From positions 396 through 64,395 of the forward strand of contig CALBOV010000005.1 in assembly GCA_937896565.1 (NCBI GenBank): a DNA stretch of 64,000 bases, read 5' to 3'. Both the position numbers and the translations under genes were made by a program. Source of the stretch: an uncultured Salinisphaerales bacterium (GTDB lineage: Bacteria; Pseudomonadota; Gammaproteobacteria; Nevskiales; OUC007). Positions 30,215 through 41,004 of the stretch are shown here, piece by piece. Within the stretch, counting starts at the first letter, position 1. Every line of letters starts with the position of its first letter. Below the pieces are notes generated by a model that saw only the letters and a program-made list of their open reading frames with translations, had not been told where the DNA came from and did no database searches.

Positions 30215-30399
30215 TCATTCCTTGAGGGTGCGGATTGGGGGTTCGTGGCACGCCGCGAACGACCGTGAGTGCGGCGGCAACCCATCCGCCAGACCAATGT
30301 CAGCCGCGTGGCGCGTGCTGTTGAACCGTTCTATCAGTCTGCCTTGTGCGCTGCCGCATCTCAAACCGGCCACCATTCGCGTGCGGACCGGGACGTGGT

Positions 30400-30852
30400 T
30401 CAGCAGGGGCGTTCCATGTACTGGTGGTCACCGATTTCCGGGATGTCGAAGATCGGACCGACACCGCGGAAACCAAAGCGGGCATAGAAACCGATCGCCG
30501 GCTGCCGGGCGTTGCACCAGATGGTCCGGGCACCGCCGTCGACGGCATGGTCGATGGCTGACAGCAGCAGGCTGGCGCCGGCGCCCAGCCCGCGGATCTC
30601 CGGTGCCGTGGCCATGCCGCGAATGCGCCATTGCTGAGCCGGATCGCACTGACTGCAGCGTGGATCGGCCTCGGGAAAGATCGACACCACGCCGACGATG
30701 CGGCCATCGCGCATCGCCGCGAAGTGACCGACACGGGGATTGTCGTCTCCCGGAAACTGCGCCTTGCTCAGTGGCTGATGCGACCGCAGCAGCGCGTGCC
30801 GGACCGGCAGCACCTGGTCGATGCTCACGCGCACGATGGCGACGGCGGTCAT
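30400..30852 (-). CDS. GNAT-family acetyltransferase
   Basis: WRIRGMAT..RGLGAG and WCNARQPAIGFY motifs; overlaps the nth stop. Confidence 0.85.
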   Translation of the reverse strand: MTAVAIVRVSIDQVLPVRHALLRSHQPLSKAQFPGDDNPRVGHFAAMRDGRIVGVVSIFPEADPRCSQCDPAQQWRIRGMATAPEIRGLGAGASLLLSAIDHAVDGGARTIWCNARQPAIGFYARFGFRGVGPIFDIPEIGDHQYMERPC

Positions 30853-31487
30853 GTGACGGCCTCCTTGCCCTTGAACTCGCAGAGATCGCGAATCACGCAT
30901 TCGCCACACAGCGGCTTGCGCGCCTTGCAGGTGTAGCGTCCGTGCAGGATCAGCCAGTGGTGTGCATCCAGGCGGTACTCCTTCGGCACCAGGCGGACCA
31001 GCCGGTCCTCGACCTCGCGCACGGTCTTGCCCCGGGCGATCCCGGTGCGGTTGGACACGCGGAAGATGTGGGTGTCCACCGCGATCGTCGGCTGGCCGAA
31101 TGCGGTGTTGAGCACGACATTGGCGGTCTTGCGGCCGACACCGGGCAGCGCCTCCAGCGCCGCGCGGTCGTTTGGCACCTCGCCGTCGTGGTGTTCGATC
31201 AACTGGCGGCACAACGCGATGACATTGCGCGCCTTGGAATTGTAGAGGCCGATGGTCTTGATGTACTCACTGAGGCCTTCGACGCCCAGCGCGGCGATGG
31301 CCTCCGGCGTGTTGGCGACCGGGAACAGCCGGGTGGTGGCCTTGTTGACCCCGACATCGGTGGCCTGCGCCGATAGCACCACCGCGACCAGCAGCTCGAA
31401 CGGTGAGTTGTAGTTCAGCTCGGTCTCGGGCTTGGGGCGCTGCGCCTTCAGACGCTCGAAGATCTCGATCCGCTTGGCGGCGTTCAC
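30849..31487 (-). CDS. nth: Endonuclease III
   Basis: LLVAVVLSAQATD, HhH LPGVGRKTAN, VDTH and a C-terminal 4Fe-4S Cys motif. Confidence 0.97.
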   Translation of the reverse strand: MNAAKRIEIFERLKAQRPKPETELNYNSPFELLVAVVLSAQATDVGVNKATTRLFPVANTPEAIAALGVEGLSEYIKTIGLYNSKARNVIALCRQLIEHHDGEVPNDRAALEALPGVGRKTANVVLNTAFGQPTIAVDTHIFRVSNRTGIARGKTVREVEDRLVRLVPKEYRLDAHHWLILHGRYTCKARKPLCGECVIRDLCEFKGKEAVT

Positions 31488-31512
31488 GGGAGTCCTGACG
31501 GGGTGAGTGGAT

Positions 31513-32196
31513 TCAGGCGGCGTCGGGTTCGGCGCCCGCCGTGGTTGGCTGTGCGGCCGGTTTCGGCTGGCGCCGCTCCCAGGCGTTCTTCGCCGCGATC
31601 AGCAGGGCCAGACCGATGAATGCGCCGGGCGGCAGGATCGCGAGCAGAAAGCCGCGGAACTCCGGAATCACGGTGATCGTCCAGGATTCGGCGACCGGGC
31701 CGAAGAGCAGCTCCGCATCGGCCAGCAGCGTGCCGGCGCCCAGCAGTTCCCGCAGGGCGCCCAGGGCCAGCAGCGCAAGCGCGAAACCGAGGCCCATCAT
31801 GAAACCGTCCAGCGCCGCGTGGGCCACCGGGTTGCGCGAGGCGAAGGCTTCGGCGCGACCGATGATGGCGCAGTTGGTGACGATCAGCGGAATGAAGATG
31901 CCGAGGATGGTGTACAGCTCGTGCAGCCAGGCGTTCATCGCCAGTTCGACCGTGGTCACGAACGCCGCGATCACCAGCACGAACACGGGAATGCGGATCT
32001 CGTCGCGCACCACATCGCGGATCGCCGAGACCGCGATGTTGGACGCGGTCAGTACCAGCAGCGTGGCCAGTCCGAGTCCCAGCGCGTTGACCACCGAGTT
32101 GCTGACCGCGAGCAGCGGACAAAGGCCCAGCAACTGGACCAGCCCTGGATTGTTGGTCCATAGGCCATTGCGGATGATGTCGGAGGTCGCGCTCAT
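31513..32196 (-). CDS. rnfE: Rnf/Rsx electron transport subunit E
   Basis: [25 protein letters not shown] and LPPGAF motifs. Confidence 0.95.
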   Translation of the reverse strand: MSATSDIIRNGLWTNNPGLVQLLGLCPLLAVSNSVVNALGLGLATLLVLTASNIAVSAIRDVVRDEIRIPVFVLVIAAFVTTVELAMNAWLHELYTILGIFIPLIVTNCAIIGRAEAFASRNPVAHAALDGFMMGLGFALALLALGALRELLGAGTLLADAELLFGPVAESWTITVIPEFRGFLLAILPPGAFIGLALLIAAKNAWERRQPKPAAQPTTAGAEPDAA

Positions 32197-32840
32197 GGAG
32201 ACGTGGGCGGCTGGGTGAACAGCAGGTTCTGGTTCTGCTCGAAGAATACCAGCGCCTTGCGCACGGCCTTGACCACCGCACGCGGCGTGATCGTGGCGCC
32301 GGCGAACTGGTCGAACTGGCCGCCATCCTTGCGCACCTTCCACTGCGCGGCCGGTGGCTGGTCCAGCGACAGACCGGCGAACTGCCGGATCCAGTCGCCG
32401 CGGCGGGTTTCGATGGCATCGCCCAGCCCCGGGGTTTCGCGATGATCCAGCACGCGGACGCCGGTCAGTACGCCGTCGGCGTCGACGCCAATCAGCAGAC
32501 GGATGTCGCCGCTGTAGCCGTCGGGCGCGACGACCGGAAACAGCAGGGCGACGGGCTCATCGCCCAGCCAGGCGCGGTAACCGATCACCGGCTCATCGGT
32601 GCCCAGCAGGTCGGGGTCGCTCAGCGTGACGGTGTCGTCCAGCAGGGTGTTCGTATACCGGTCGGCGGGCAGCACCTCGTTCAGCGTGGCACGCAGTGCC
32701 GCCCGCTGCTGTTCGATGATCCGGTCGCGGGTCAGGGTCTCGGTACCGGCCACCAGCACGCCACCGATCACCGCGAACAGCGCGAGCAGGCCGGCGCTCA
32801 CCGCCATCTGGCGGCGGATGCTCATGGCGTCGCCACTCAT
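32193..32840 (-). CDS. rnfG: Rnf/Rsx subunit G
   Basis: [15 protein letters not shown] and FMN-binding [10 protein letters not shown]; alternative start at 32825. Confidence 0.93.
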   Translation of the reverse strand: MSGDAMSIRRQMAVSAGLLALFAVIGGVLVAGTETLTRDRIIEQQRAALRATLNEVLPADRYTNTLLDDTVTLSDPDLLGTDEPVIGYRAWLGDEPVALLFPVVAPDGYSGDIRLLIGVDADGVLTGVRVLDHRETPGLGDAIETRRGDWIRQFAGLSLDQPPAAQWKVRKDGGQFDQFAGATITPRAVVKAVRKALVFFEQNQNLLFTQPPTSP

Positions 32841-33823
32841 CGGCCGTACACGCGCGGCTGGGTATGGGCGTCGAGCAGCGGCACGGTCAGGTTCATCAGC
32901 AGCACCGCGAAGGCCATCCCGTCCGGGTAGCCGCCCCAGGTGCGGATCAGGTAGACCAGCACGCCGATACCGGCGCCGAAGATCAGCTTGCCGCGAGGCG
33001 TGGTCGCGCCGGAGACGGGGTCGGTGGCGATGAAGAAGGCGCCGAGCATCGCCGCGCCGCTGGTCCAGTGAAACCAGGGCGAGGCGTGGCGGTCCCCGTC
33101 GATCAGCCAGAACAGCAGCGCCATCGCGCCAATGCCCGCGAGCACGGCTGCCGGGATGCGCCAGCTGATGTCGCGGCGGAAGACCAGCCAGAGCCCGCCG
33201 AGCAGAAAGCCACCGTTGATCCAGGCCCAGCCGCCGCGCCCTGCCAGCCCGCCGACGGCTTCGTCGACGATTCGTTCCTGCGCCAGCCCGCTGCGCAGCG
33301 CGTCCAGCGGCGTCGCGCCGGTCAGCCCGTCCAGCCCCGCGGCGCCGAGCTGGCCGAACTGCGCCTGCAAGGTCGCGGTGATGCCGGTGGGTTGCTGTGT
33401 CCAGTAGGTCATCTCCGTGGGGAAGGAGATCAGCACGACGACGTAGCCGACCATGGCCGGGTTGAACGGGTTCTGGCCGAGCCCGCCGTAGAGCTGCTTG
33501 CCCAGGGCGATGGCGATGGCCGCGCCGATGGCGGTCAGCCACCACGGCGCCAGCGGCGGCAGCGCCAGCGCGAACAGGGCGGCCGTCAGCACCGCGGTCC
33601 AGTCGGTGAGAAAGGGTTTGAGCGGCCGGTCGCGCAGCCGCAGCAGCGCCGCCTCGGTCGCCAGCGCGGCGGCCAGCGCGACCAGCAGGTTGATCAGCAC
33701 GCCGATCCCGAAGCAGATCACCATGGCCGCGGCGCCGGGAATCATCGCCAGCAGCACCCGACGCATGAGGCCGCCGACCGTTGGGCGCACCGGCAGATGC
33801 GGAGAGCTCAGCGGCTGGTTCAC
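32837..33823 (-). CDS. rnfD: Rnf/Rsx subunit D
   Basis: KQLYGGLGQNPFNPAM, GATPL and FFIATDPVS motifs. Confidence 0.95.
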   Translation of the reverse strand: MNQPLSSPHLPVRPTVGGLMRRVLLAMIPGAAAMVICFGIGVLINLLVALAAALATEAALLRLRDRPLKPFLTDWTAVLTAALFALALPPLAPWWLTAIGAAIAIALGKQLYGGLGQNPFNPAMVGYVVVLISFPTEMTYWTQQPTGITATLQAQFGQLGAAGLDGLTGATPLDALRSGLAQERIVDEAVGGLAGRGGWAWINGGFLLGGLWLVFRRDISWRIPAAVLAGIGAMALLFWLIDGDRHASPWFHWTSGAAMLGAFFIATDPVSGATTPRGKLIFGAGIGVLVYLIRTWGGYPDGMAFAVLLMNLTVPLLDAHTQPRVYGR

Positions 33824-35412
33824 GGGTCCGTGCCCTCGGCGGGAGGTGGTGCGCCGTCCTGTTTCGCCTGGGCCTTGGCCTTGGCGCGGGCGATCGCCGC
33901 GGCGACCGGGTCGTCGGCCGGCTTGTCCGCGGGTTTGGCCTCGGAGGCTTGCGCCTGCTGTTCAGCGCGGGCGCGCAGAGCCGCTTTCTTCGCCTCGCGG
34001 GCGGCCTTCTTCTCGGCCTCTTCGCGCTCCAACCGTGCCAGCCGAGATTCGTGCCGCTGGCGTGCCACGTCGGCCTTGCGGCGGGCGCGCTCGTCCGCCC
34101 AGATCTCGGTCTTGGCGAAGCGGTAGTACTGCACCAGCGGGATATGGCTAGGGCAGACCTGGGCACAGCAGCCGCACTCGATGCAGTCGAACAGCTTGTA
34201 GTCCTGCGCCTTGTCGAACTCCTCGGCCCTGGCATGCCAGTAGAGCTGTTGCGGCAGCAGTCCGGCGGGGCAGACATCCGCGCAAGCGCCGCAGCGAATG
34301 CAGGGCATGGCTGGCGTTTCAGGGCGCAGGTCCTGCGGGCGTAGCGCGAGAATGCAGTTTGTCGCCTTGATCACCGGGACATCGGCGTTGGCGAGCGCGA
34401 ATCCCATCATCGGCCCGCCCATGATCAGGCGGCAATCCGGATCGACCAGTCCGCCGGCCTGCTCGAGCAACTCGCTCACCGGCGTGCCGATGCGCACGCG
34501 CAGGTTGCAGGGGCTCGCGACGCCGGGGCCGGTGACGGTGACGACGCGCTCGGTCAGCGGCCGGCCGCGGGTCACCGCGTCCCGAACCGCCAGCGCCGTG
34601 CCCGGGTTGTGGCAGACGATGCCGATGTCCAGTGGCAGCCCGTGACTGGGCACCTCGCGGCCGGTGAGTGTCTGGATCAGCTGCTTTTCGCCACCCTGCG
34701 GATAGCGCGTCGGCACGGTGACGATGCGAATGCGCTCGTCGCCCAGGGTATCGGCGGCCTGTCGCAGCGCCGCGATGGCCTTGGGCTTGTTGTCCTCGAC
34801 GCCGAACAGGCACTGGCGGGCACCCAGCGCGTGCAGGATCAGCTGCGCACCCTGGAGAATGGCCTCGGGCCGCTCGCTCATCAGCGCCTGGTCGCAGGAA
34901 ATGTAGGGCTCGCACTCGGCGCCGTTGAGCACCAGTGTGTCGACCACGCTGCTTCCCGGATTGAGCTTGATGAAGCTGGGAAACGCCGCGCCGCCGAGAC
35001 CGACCACGCCGGCCTGGCGCACGCGATTGCGCAGCGTCGTCGCATCCATCGCGAAACCGTCCGCGGGATCGTCGGGGGTGTGTTCATCGAGGCCGTCCGT
35101 TTCGATCACCACGCTGGCCGCGGACAGCCCGGACGGGTGCGGCACCGGTCGTTCCTCGATCGCCACGATGCTGCCCGACGTGGCCGCATGCACGGGGGTG
35201 GAGACATAGCCTTCGGCCGCCGCCAGCATCTGTCCGCCGACCACCCGCTGGCCGACCTCGACCATGACCTTGGCCGGCTGTCCCACATGCTGCGACACCG
35301 GCACGATCAGCCGGGTCGGGATGTCGGCGTCGCGGATCGGGGCATCCAGCTTGTGGGCTTCCAGATGCAGGCCGCCCGGAAAGTGCCCCAATGGTTTCAC
35401 CACGGCGTTCAC
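33820..35412 (-). CDS. rnfC: Rnf/Rsx subunit C
   Basis: GTG start; [16 protein letters not shown] and two 4Fe-4S motifs (CIRCGAC, CIECGCC). Confidence 0.95.
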   Translation of the reverse strand: MNAVVKPLGHFPGGLHLEAHKLDAPIRDADIPTRLIVPVSQHVGQPAKVMVEVGQRVVGGQMLAAAEGYVSTPVHAATSGSIVAIEERPVPHPSGLSAASVVIETDGLDEHTPDDPADGFAMDATTLRNRVRQAGVVGLGGAAFPSFIKLNPGSSVVDTLVLNGAECEPYISCDQALMSERPEAILQGAQLILHALGARQCLFGVEDNKPKAIAALRQAADTLGDERIRIVTVPTRYPQGGEKQLIQTLTGREVPSHGLPLDIGIVCHNPGTALAVRDAVTRGRPLTERVVTVTGPGVASPCNLRVRIGTPVSELLEQAGGLVDPDCRLIMGGPMMGFALANADVPVIKATNCILALRPQDLRPETPAMPCIRCGACADVCPAGLLPQQLYWHARAEEFDKAQDYKLFDCIECGCCAQVCPSHIPLVQYYRFAKTEIWADERARRKADVARQRHESRLARLEREEAEKKAAREAKKAALRARAEQQAQASEAKPADKPADDPVAAAIARAKAKAQAKQDGAPPPAEGTDP

Positions 35413-35957
35413 GCGGCCTGGCTGCGGTCGGGTGTGGGCCAGCGCCAGGTCGACACCGTGTCCTCGACCGGCAGCATGTCGATGCAGTCCACCGGGCAGG
35501 GCGGCACGCAGAGATCGCAGCCGGTGCATTCCTCGGCGATCACCGTGTGCATCTGCTGGCGGGCACCCAGGATCGCGTCCACCGGGCAGGCCTGAATGCA
35601 GAGGGTGCAGCCGATGCACTCGTCCTCGCGGATGAACGCCACCGTGGGCACCGGCTTGGCCGTACCGTTGTCCGGGTTCAGCGGCTTGGGCTCGCGGCCC
35701 AGCAGTTCGGCGAGCTTGATCACGCCGTCCTCGCCGCCGGGCGGGCACTGGTTGATGTCCGCCTCGCCGCCGGCGATCGCCTCGGCATAGGGTCGGCAGC
35801 CCGGGTAGTTGCACTGGCCGCACTGGGTTTGCGGCAGGATCTTGTCGATCTGGTCAACCAGCGGATCGCCCTCGACCTTGAAGCGCACGGCGGCGAAGCC
35901 GAGCACCAGCCCGAACACCGCGGCAAGCGCGGTCAGCGCGAGTATGGCCGCGATCAT
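35409..35957 (-). CDS. rnfB: Rnf/Rsx subunit B
   Basis: [28 protein letters not shown] and CTGCDLC motifs. Confidence 0.95.
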   Translation of the reverse strand: MIAAILALTALAAVFGLVLGFAAVRFKVEGDPLVDQIDKILPQTQCGQCNYPGCRPYAEAIAGGEADINQCPPGGEDGVIKLAELLGREPKPLNPDNGTAKPVPTVAFIREDECIGCTLCIQACPVDAILGARQQMHTVIAEECTGCDLCVPPCPVDCIDMLPVEDTVSTWRWPTPDRSQAA

Positions 35958-35959
35958 GG

Positions 35960-36535
35960 TCACACCAGCCCGGTGAAGCCCATGAAGGCCAGCGACATGA
36001 TGCCGGCGGTGATCAGCCCAATCGGGGCGCCCTTGAACGCCTCCGGCACGTCGGCGACGGCGAGACGCTCGCGGATCGACGAGAACAGGATCATCACCAG
36101 CGAGAACCCGACCGCGGCGCCGAAGCCGTAAAGGGCGGATTCGATGAAGCCATTGGCCTGCCGCACGTTGAGCAAGGCCACGCCCAGCACCGCGCAGTTG
36201 GTCGTGATCAGCGGCAGGTAGATGCCCAGCACCTCGTAGAGCAGCGGGCTGGACTTGCGTACCACCATCTCGGTGAACTGCACGACCGCGGCGATGACCA
36301 GGATGAAACTGATGGTGCGCAGGTAGCCCAGGCCCAGCGGGTCGAGCAGATAGGTCTCGACCAGATAGGCGCTGATCGCCGACAGAGTGAGCACGAAGGT
36401 GGTCGCTCCGGCCATGCCGATGGACGCGGACAGCTTGTTGGACACGCCCATGAACGGGCACAGGCCCAGGAACTGCACCAGCACGAAGTTGTTGACCAAA
36501 ACGGTGCCAACGAGAATCAGCAGGTATTCGTTCAT
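35960..36535 (-). CDS. rnfA: Rnf/Rsx subunit A
   Basis: [18 protein letters not shown] and [12 protein letters not shown] motifs. Confidence 0.95.
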   Translation of the reverse strand: MNEYLLILVGTVLVNNFVLVQFLGLCPFMGVSNKLSASIGMAGATTFVLTLSAISAYLVETYLLDPLGLGYLRTISFILVIAAVVQFTEMVVRKSSPLLYEVLGIYLPLITTNCAVLGVALLNVRQANGFIESALYGFGAAVGFSLVMILFSSIRERLAVADVPEAFKGAPIGLITAGIMSLAFMGFTGLV

Positions 36536-36602
36536 GGGCCGTGCTTCTCTGGCGAGTGCTCGGTGACCGGTCCCGCCCGCCGAAACGGGCCGGGGCAGCG
36601 GT

Positions 36603-38612
36603 CTACTTCACGCGTGAACCCGGCGTCGCGCCCGCATCCGGGCTGACGACGAAGATGCCCTGGCCGTCGCCGGCCGCGATCACCATGCCTTCCGACACGC
36701 CGAACCGCATCTTGCGAGGTGCCAGATTGGCCACCAGCACGACCAGCTTGCCGACCAGATCTTCCGGCGCATAGGCGGACTTGATGCCCGCGAAGACGTT
36801 CCGCGTGCCCAGCTCGCCGACATCCAGCGTCAACTGGATCAACTTGTCGGCACCGTCCACCGGGGCGGCCTCGGCCACGCGGGCCACGCGCAGGTCCACC
36901 TTCATGAAATCGTCGATGGCGATCACGTCGTCGTCCTTCGTCGCCGGTGCTGCCGGAGCCTTGGCGGCCTCGGCCATCTGTTTCGCGGCATCCTGCATCG
37001 CGGTCACCTGCTTGTCCTCGATTCGTGTCATCAGCGGCTTGAACTTGTTGATTCGCTGTCCGGCCAGCGGCCGGCCGATGTCCGACCATTGCAGCGGTGC
37101 CAGATTCAGGAAGGCCTCCACATCGGCTGCCATCTTCGGCACCACCGGCTTGAGATAGGTTGTCAGGTCGCGGAATGCGGTGAGCGCCGTCGTGCACACC
37201 CGGTGCAGGTCGGCGCCGCGTTCGGCGTCCTTGGCGATCACCCACGGCTGCTGTTCGGCGATGTAGGCGTTGACCGCGTCGGCGGCCGCCATCGTCAGTC
37301 GCGTGGCCTTGGCGAAGTTGCGGGCGTCAAAGGCAGAGGCGATCTCGTCGGCGGCGCCGGCAACCTGCGACAGCAGTGCCTGGTCGACCTCCGAACCCAG
37401 CTCGCCGTCGAAGCGCTTGGTGATGAAATTCGCCGTGCGGCTGGCGATGTTCACGTATTTGCCGACCAGGTCCGCATTCACGATCTGCATGAAATCCTGC
37501 AGGCCGAGATCCATGTCCTCGATCGAGCCGGTGATGCGCGATGCGTAGAAATAGCGCAGCGGCTCCGCCGGAAGGTGATCCAGCCAGGTCCGCGCGGTGA
37601 TGAACGTACCGCGAGACTTGGACATCTTTTCGCCGTTGAGCGTGATCATGCCGTGGGCGAACACGCCGGTAGGCGAGCGGAAGCCCGAGGCCTCCAGCAT
37701 CGCCGGCCAGAACAGCGCGTGGAAATAGATGATGTCCTTGCCGATGAAGTGGTACACCTCGGCGTCGGAGTCCTTGCTCCAGATCGCGTCGAAGTCTACA
37801 TCCGCGTCGCGGGCCGCCAGATGCTTCAGGCTGGCCATGTAGCCGACCGGTGCGTCTACCCAGACATAGAAATACTTGCCCGGCGCGTCGGGAATCTCGA
37901 AGCCGAAGTAAGGCGCGTCGCGGGAAATGTCCCAGTCCTTGAGGCCGGCCTTGAACCATTCGGCCAGCTTCGGGGCGACCGAGTCCTGGACCACGCCGGA
38001 TTTCAGGAAGTCCCGAAGATAGCTCTCCATCGCCGGCAGGCGGAAGAAGAAGTGCTCCGAGGATTTCTGCACCGGCGGCTCGCCCGAGACGACCGACACC
38101 GGATCGATGAGATCGGTGGGTCGATAGGTCGCGCCACAGGCCTCGCAGTTGTCGCCGTACTGCCCCGGTGTCTTGCACACGGGACAGCTGCCTTTGATGA
38201 AACGGTCGGGCAGGAACATGCCGCGTTTGGCGTCGTAGGCCTGCTCGACGTCCCGCGATTCGATCAGCCCCGCGTCACGCAGGCGGGTGTAGATCAGCGC
38301 GGATAGTTCCCGGTTCTCGTCGGAATGGGTCGAGTGGTAATTGTCGTAGGCGACGCCGAAGTCGACGAAGTCACGCAGGTGCTCGTTCTTGAACCGGGCG
38401 ATCAGCTGCTCCGGTGACACCCCTTCGGCCTCGGCCTTGAGCATGATCCCCGAGCCGTGCGCGTCGTCCGCGCAGCAGTAGATGACCCGGTTGCCAGCCA
38501 TTCGCTGATACCGCACCCAGGTGTCGCTCTGGACATGTTCCACCATGTGGCCGAGGTGAATCGGACCGTTGGCGTACGGCAATGCGCTGGTGACGAACAG
38601 GGTGCGGGACAT
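36603..38612 (-). CDS. metG: Methionine--tRNA ligase
   Basis: [17 protein letters not shown], Zn knuckle and C-terminal tRNA-binding domain. Confidence 0.98.
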   Translation of the reverse strand: MSRTLFVTSALPYANGPIHLGHMVEHVQSDTWVRYQRMAGNRVIYCCADDAHGSGIMLKAEAEGVSPEQLIARFKNEHLRDFVDFGVAYDNYHSTHSDENRELSALIYTRLRDAGLIESRDVEQAYDAKRGMFLPDRFIKGSCPVCKTPGQYGDNCEACGATYRPTDLIDPVSVVSGEPPVQKSSEHFFFRLPAMESYLRDFLKSGVVQDSVAPKLAEWFKAGLKDWDISRDAPYFGFEIPDAPGKYFYVWVDAPVGYMASLKHLAARDADVDFDAIWSKDSDAEVYHFIGKDIIYFHALFWPAMLEASGFRSPTGVFAHGMITLNGEKMSKSRGTFITARTWLDHLPAEPLRYFYASRITGSIEDMDLGLQDFMQIVNADLVGKYVNIASRTANFITKRFDGELGSEVDQALLSQVAGAADEIASAFDARNFAKATRLTMAAADAVNAYIAEQQPWVIAKDAERGADLHRVCTTALTAFRDLTTYLKPVVPKMAADVEAFLNLAPLQWSDIGRPLAGQRINKFKPLMTRIEDKQVTAMQDAAKQMAEAAKAPAAPATKDDDVIAIDDFMKVDLRVARVAEAAPVDGADKLIQLTLDVGELGTRNVFAGIKSAYAPEDLVGKLVVLVANLAPRKMRFGVSEGMVIAAGDGQGIFVVSPDAGATPGSRVK

Positions 38613-38748
38613 GGCCCCAGGGCTCCGCTCAAAAAGGGCGGCGGATTATGCCACAGGGGCGGCCCCCTTCCGTCCGCGGCTCCGGTCAGCGCCAACGGGG
38701 CGTTTCACCGGGTTCAAGTGGTCGGTCTCTGGCGGCAGCCAAGCGAAA

Positions 38749-38832
38749 TGTCGTTGATCCGATACAACATAAGTTCTTGTCGAGAAAGCACTAAAACTGC
38801 TTGTCGGGGTGTTTTGTCGCCCACAGGAGACA
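38749..38832. promoter_or_regulatory. Putative GlrR (QseF) upstream activating sites
   Basis: Perfect TGTC-N10-GACA at 38815-38832 and a one-mismatch TGTC-N10-TACA at 38749-38766. Confidence 0.7.
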
Positions 38833-38882
38833 GATTGGGGGTGTTTTTCACCTTGTGCCGGTAAGAAAGTGACCGTGAACGT

Positions 38883-38895
38883 TATCAAATCATTG
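38883..38895 (+). promoter_or_regulatory. IHF binding site
   Basis: TATCAAATCATTG matches WATCAANNNNTTR exactly. It lies in an AT-rich tract between the enhancer sites and the sigma54 element. Confidence 0.7.
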
Positions 38896-38917
38896 AATTA
38901 AAAGAAGAAAAATGAAA

Positions 38918-38933
38918 TGGCACGGCGCTGGCA
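38918..38933 (+). promoter_or_regulatory. Sigma54 -24/-12 promoter
   Basis: TGGCACGGCGCTGGCA: GG-N10-GC spacing, one mismatch to TGGCACG-N4-TTGCW. Confidence 0.75.
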
Positions 38934-39016
38934 ACAAGGCTGGCAAAGCGGCACTGATGGACGTCGTCCAACGAGTACCGCCGCTGGCATTCGTCATGAA
39001 CAAAAGGGAACGAACA

Positions 39017-39505
39017 ATGAACCAGTCGAACAAGACAACGCGTTGGGAGCGCTGGGTGGCCGTCGGTCTGATGTCCGCCTGTGCCGTCTCCCTCCAGGCT
39101 TGTGGTGACGTGGATGGTTCGAACACGGGCGGCGTTGATGAAACGTCTCCGTCCACTGAAGTGGCCGAAGCCTGTTCGAGCTGCGGAACCATCACCGCGA
39201 TCACGCCGGTGAAGGTGGATGGCGAGACCACCGGCGCGGGCGCCGTGGCCGGCGCGATCATCGGTGGCGTGGTTGGCCATCAGTTCGGTAGCGGATCGGG
39301 TAACGATGCCGCCACCGCCGCGGGTGCCGTAGGCGGTGCCGTCGCCGGAAACGAGGTCGAGAAACGTCGCAACTCCAGCATGGTGTACCAGGTGACCATC
39401 GACATGGAATCCGGTGGTGATCGCACCGTGAGTCTGGCCTCCGCGACCGGCTTCAGTGTCGGCGACGAGGTGCAGGTGTCGGGTGACCGTCTCGTCCACA
39501 TCTAG
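39017..39505 (+). CDS. Glycine-zipper 2TM outer-membrane lipoprotein (SlyB/17 kDa antigen-like)
   Basis: Lipobox LQAC; CSSC; GAVAGAIIGGVVGHQFGSGSG and AGAVGGAVAGNEVE zippers. Confidence 0.85.
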   Translation: MNQSNKTTRWERWVAVGLMSACAVSLQACGDVDGSNTGGVDETSPSTEVAEACSSCGTITAITPVKVDGETTGAGAVAGAIIGGVVGHQFGSGSGNDAATAAGAVGGAVAGNEVEKRRNSSMVYQVTIDMESGGDRTVSLASATGFSVGDEVQVSGDRLVHI

Positions 39506-39515
39506 ATAGAACGTA

Positions 39516-39531
39516 TGGCGTGCCGTTTGAT
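39516..39531 (+). promoter_or_regulatory. Possible second sigma54-type promoter before the Lpp-like gene
   Basis: TGGCGTGCCGTTTGAT: GG-N10-GA variant. Confidence 0.35.
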
Positions 39532-39619
39532 CTAAGCGGCACGCGTGGCCGGCCCGGTCGGAGACCGCGCCACTGCGTGAATCATTCAACTCAGGAGTAA
39601 CAACGTGAAGGGAATAACC

Positions 39620-39898
39620 ATGAAGAAAATCGCCATGCTTGGGGGCGCAGCGCTGCTGGCCGTAGGTGCGTCGGGCTGTGTGACGACCAGCGACCTGGAA
39701 GAAATCCGCGCGATGGCGGAGCAGGCGCAGCAGACCGCTGACGCGGCGGACCGCAAGGCCGTGGCCGCTCAGAGCACCGCCTCCGAAGCCAATGCGCGCG
39801 CTGCTCGCGCCGAAGAGGCTGCTGCCGCTTCCCAGAAGTGCTGCCAGGCCAATACCGAGCGCATGAACCGCATGTTCGAAAAGACCATGCAGAAGTAA
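39620..39898 (+). CDS. Lpp/OprI-family alanine-zipper lipoprotein
   Basis: Lipobox ASGC; Ala-rich heptad coiled coil; ends KCCQANTERMNRMFEKTMQK. Confidence 0.85.
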   Translation: MKKIAMLGGAALLAVGASGCVTTSDLEEIRAMAEQAQQTADAADRKAVAAQSTASEANARAARAEEAAAASQKCCQANTERMNRMFEKTMQK

Positions 39899-39979
39899 CG
39901 GGCAGCGAAAGGCGTTGATCCGCGGCCGGCACCGTCGGCCGCGGAACCCCCTCCCGACCTGAACGACAAGGACATAACA

Positions 39980-40516
39980 ATGATGATTTCGCGTCTTGCC
40001 AAGCTGACGGGGATCGTGGCGCTGGGTTGCTCCGCGACCGCGTTGGCACACAACTACACCTACATCGACGCGCTGTATCTGAACACCGACCCCGACGTCG
40101 GCGACGACTACGACGGCTTTGGCATCGGCGGCGCGGCGGCGATCAGCCCGGATCTGCACCTGTTCGGTCAGATTTCCGACCAGGACGAACTGGAGCGTCT
40201 CACCGCGGGTTTGGCCCTGAACCACAACCTGCAACCGGGTCTGGACCTGGTCGCGGGAGCCTCTTTCGAGTCGATCGAGATTGGAAACAGCGATGACACC
40301 GGAATCGGCCTGCGTGCCGACCTGCGCTGGCTGGTCCCGAATTCGCGGTTCGAGTTGTCGCCGGGTCTGCGCTATGTCGATCTCTACGATGACGGAGACA
40401 CCGCGCTGCGTCTTGCCGGCCTCTACGGCATCACCCCGCGCGTGAAGCTTCAGGCGGCGATGGAATTCGCCGATGATGCCGACACGGTGTCCGCCGGGGC
40501 TCGCTTCGAGTTCTGA
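39980..40516 (+). CDS. Small outer-membrane beta-barrel protein
   Basis: Signal peptide (ATALA|HNYTY), alternating amphipathic strands, C-terminal GARFEF BAM signal. Confidence 0.8.
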   Translation: MMISRLAKLTGIVALGCSATALAHNYTYIDALYLNTDPDVGDDYDGFGIGGAAAISPDLHLFGQISDQDELERLTAGLALNHNLQPGLDLVAGASFESIEIGNSDDTGIGLRADLRWLVPNSRFELSPGLRYVDLYDDGDTALRLAGLYGITPRVKLQAAMEFADDADTVSAGARFEF

Positions 40517-40518
40517 TC

Positions 40519-41004
40519 ATGGCGGTCCGAGAGCAAACGCTGCGCACGGATGTCGACGCGCACGACCGCAAGGAGCGGGCGCGTGAGCGGCGTCACGCGT
40601 CGATGCACGGACGGCCCGAGCATCAGGAGCGGATTCGTCGCGCCGTGCATGATGCGCGGCGCGGCCGGCTTCGCCGGGCGTCCGAGAGCTTCGTCCGCTT
40701 CGGCGTCGGCCTTGCCTGTGGGTTGCTGATCGCGCGGCTGTTCGTGCTGCCGTTGCAGGTGGGGCCGGCTTCGCTGGTCGAATGGATCGCCACGCTGTCC
40801 GCTCCGCTGGCCACGCCGTTCTCGGGTTTGCTGCCGTCCGTCGACGTGCTCGGCGCAGCCGTGGATCTGAGCGTGGTGCTGGCGATCGCCGTCTACTGGC
40901 TCATCGGGCGCGGCATCGTCAGCGGCCTGCGACTCATGCTGGGCGAGCAATCGCACGGCAGTCACTGGAATTCCGACTCCCCGTTCGGCGGTTCCCGCTC
41001 CTAG
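40519..41004 (+). CDS. YggT-like membrane protein
   Basis: Two TM segments flanking LSAPLATPFSGLLP and VDLSVVLAI; basic N-terminal extension. Confidence 0.55.
   Translation: MAVREQTLRTDVDAHDRKERARERRHASMHGRPEHQERIRRAVHDARRGRLRRASESFVRFGVGLACGLLIARLFVLPLQVGPASLVEWIATLSAPLATPFSGLLPSVDVLGAAVDLSVVLAIAVYWLIGRGIVSGLRLMLGEQSHGSHWNSDSPFGGSRS

Noticed and set aside
32193-36461. Apparent long fused Rnf ORFs (32193-34277, 33820-35823, 35409-36461)
   Set aside because: These are upstream open-frame extensions. The real starts are 32840, 35412 and 35957 in a standard rnfABCDGE-nth operon.
39980-40516. The small beta-barrel as an LDT-tethered OMP of the Coxiella/Brucella type
   Set aside because: The predicted mature N-terminus is HNYTY, not the Gly-Gly or Ala-Asp starts reported for those tethers, so there is no sequence support.
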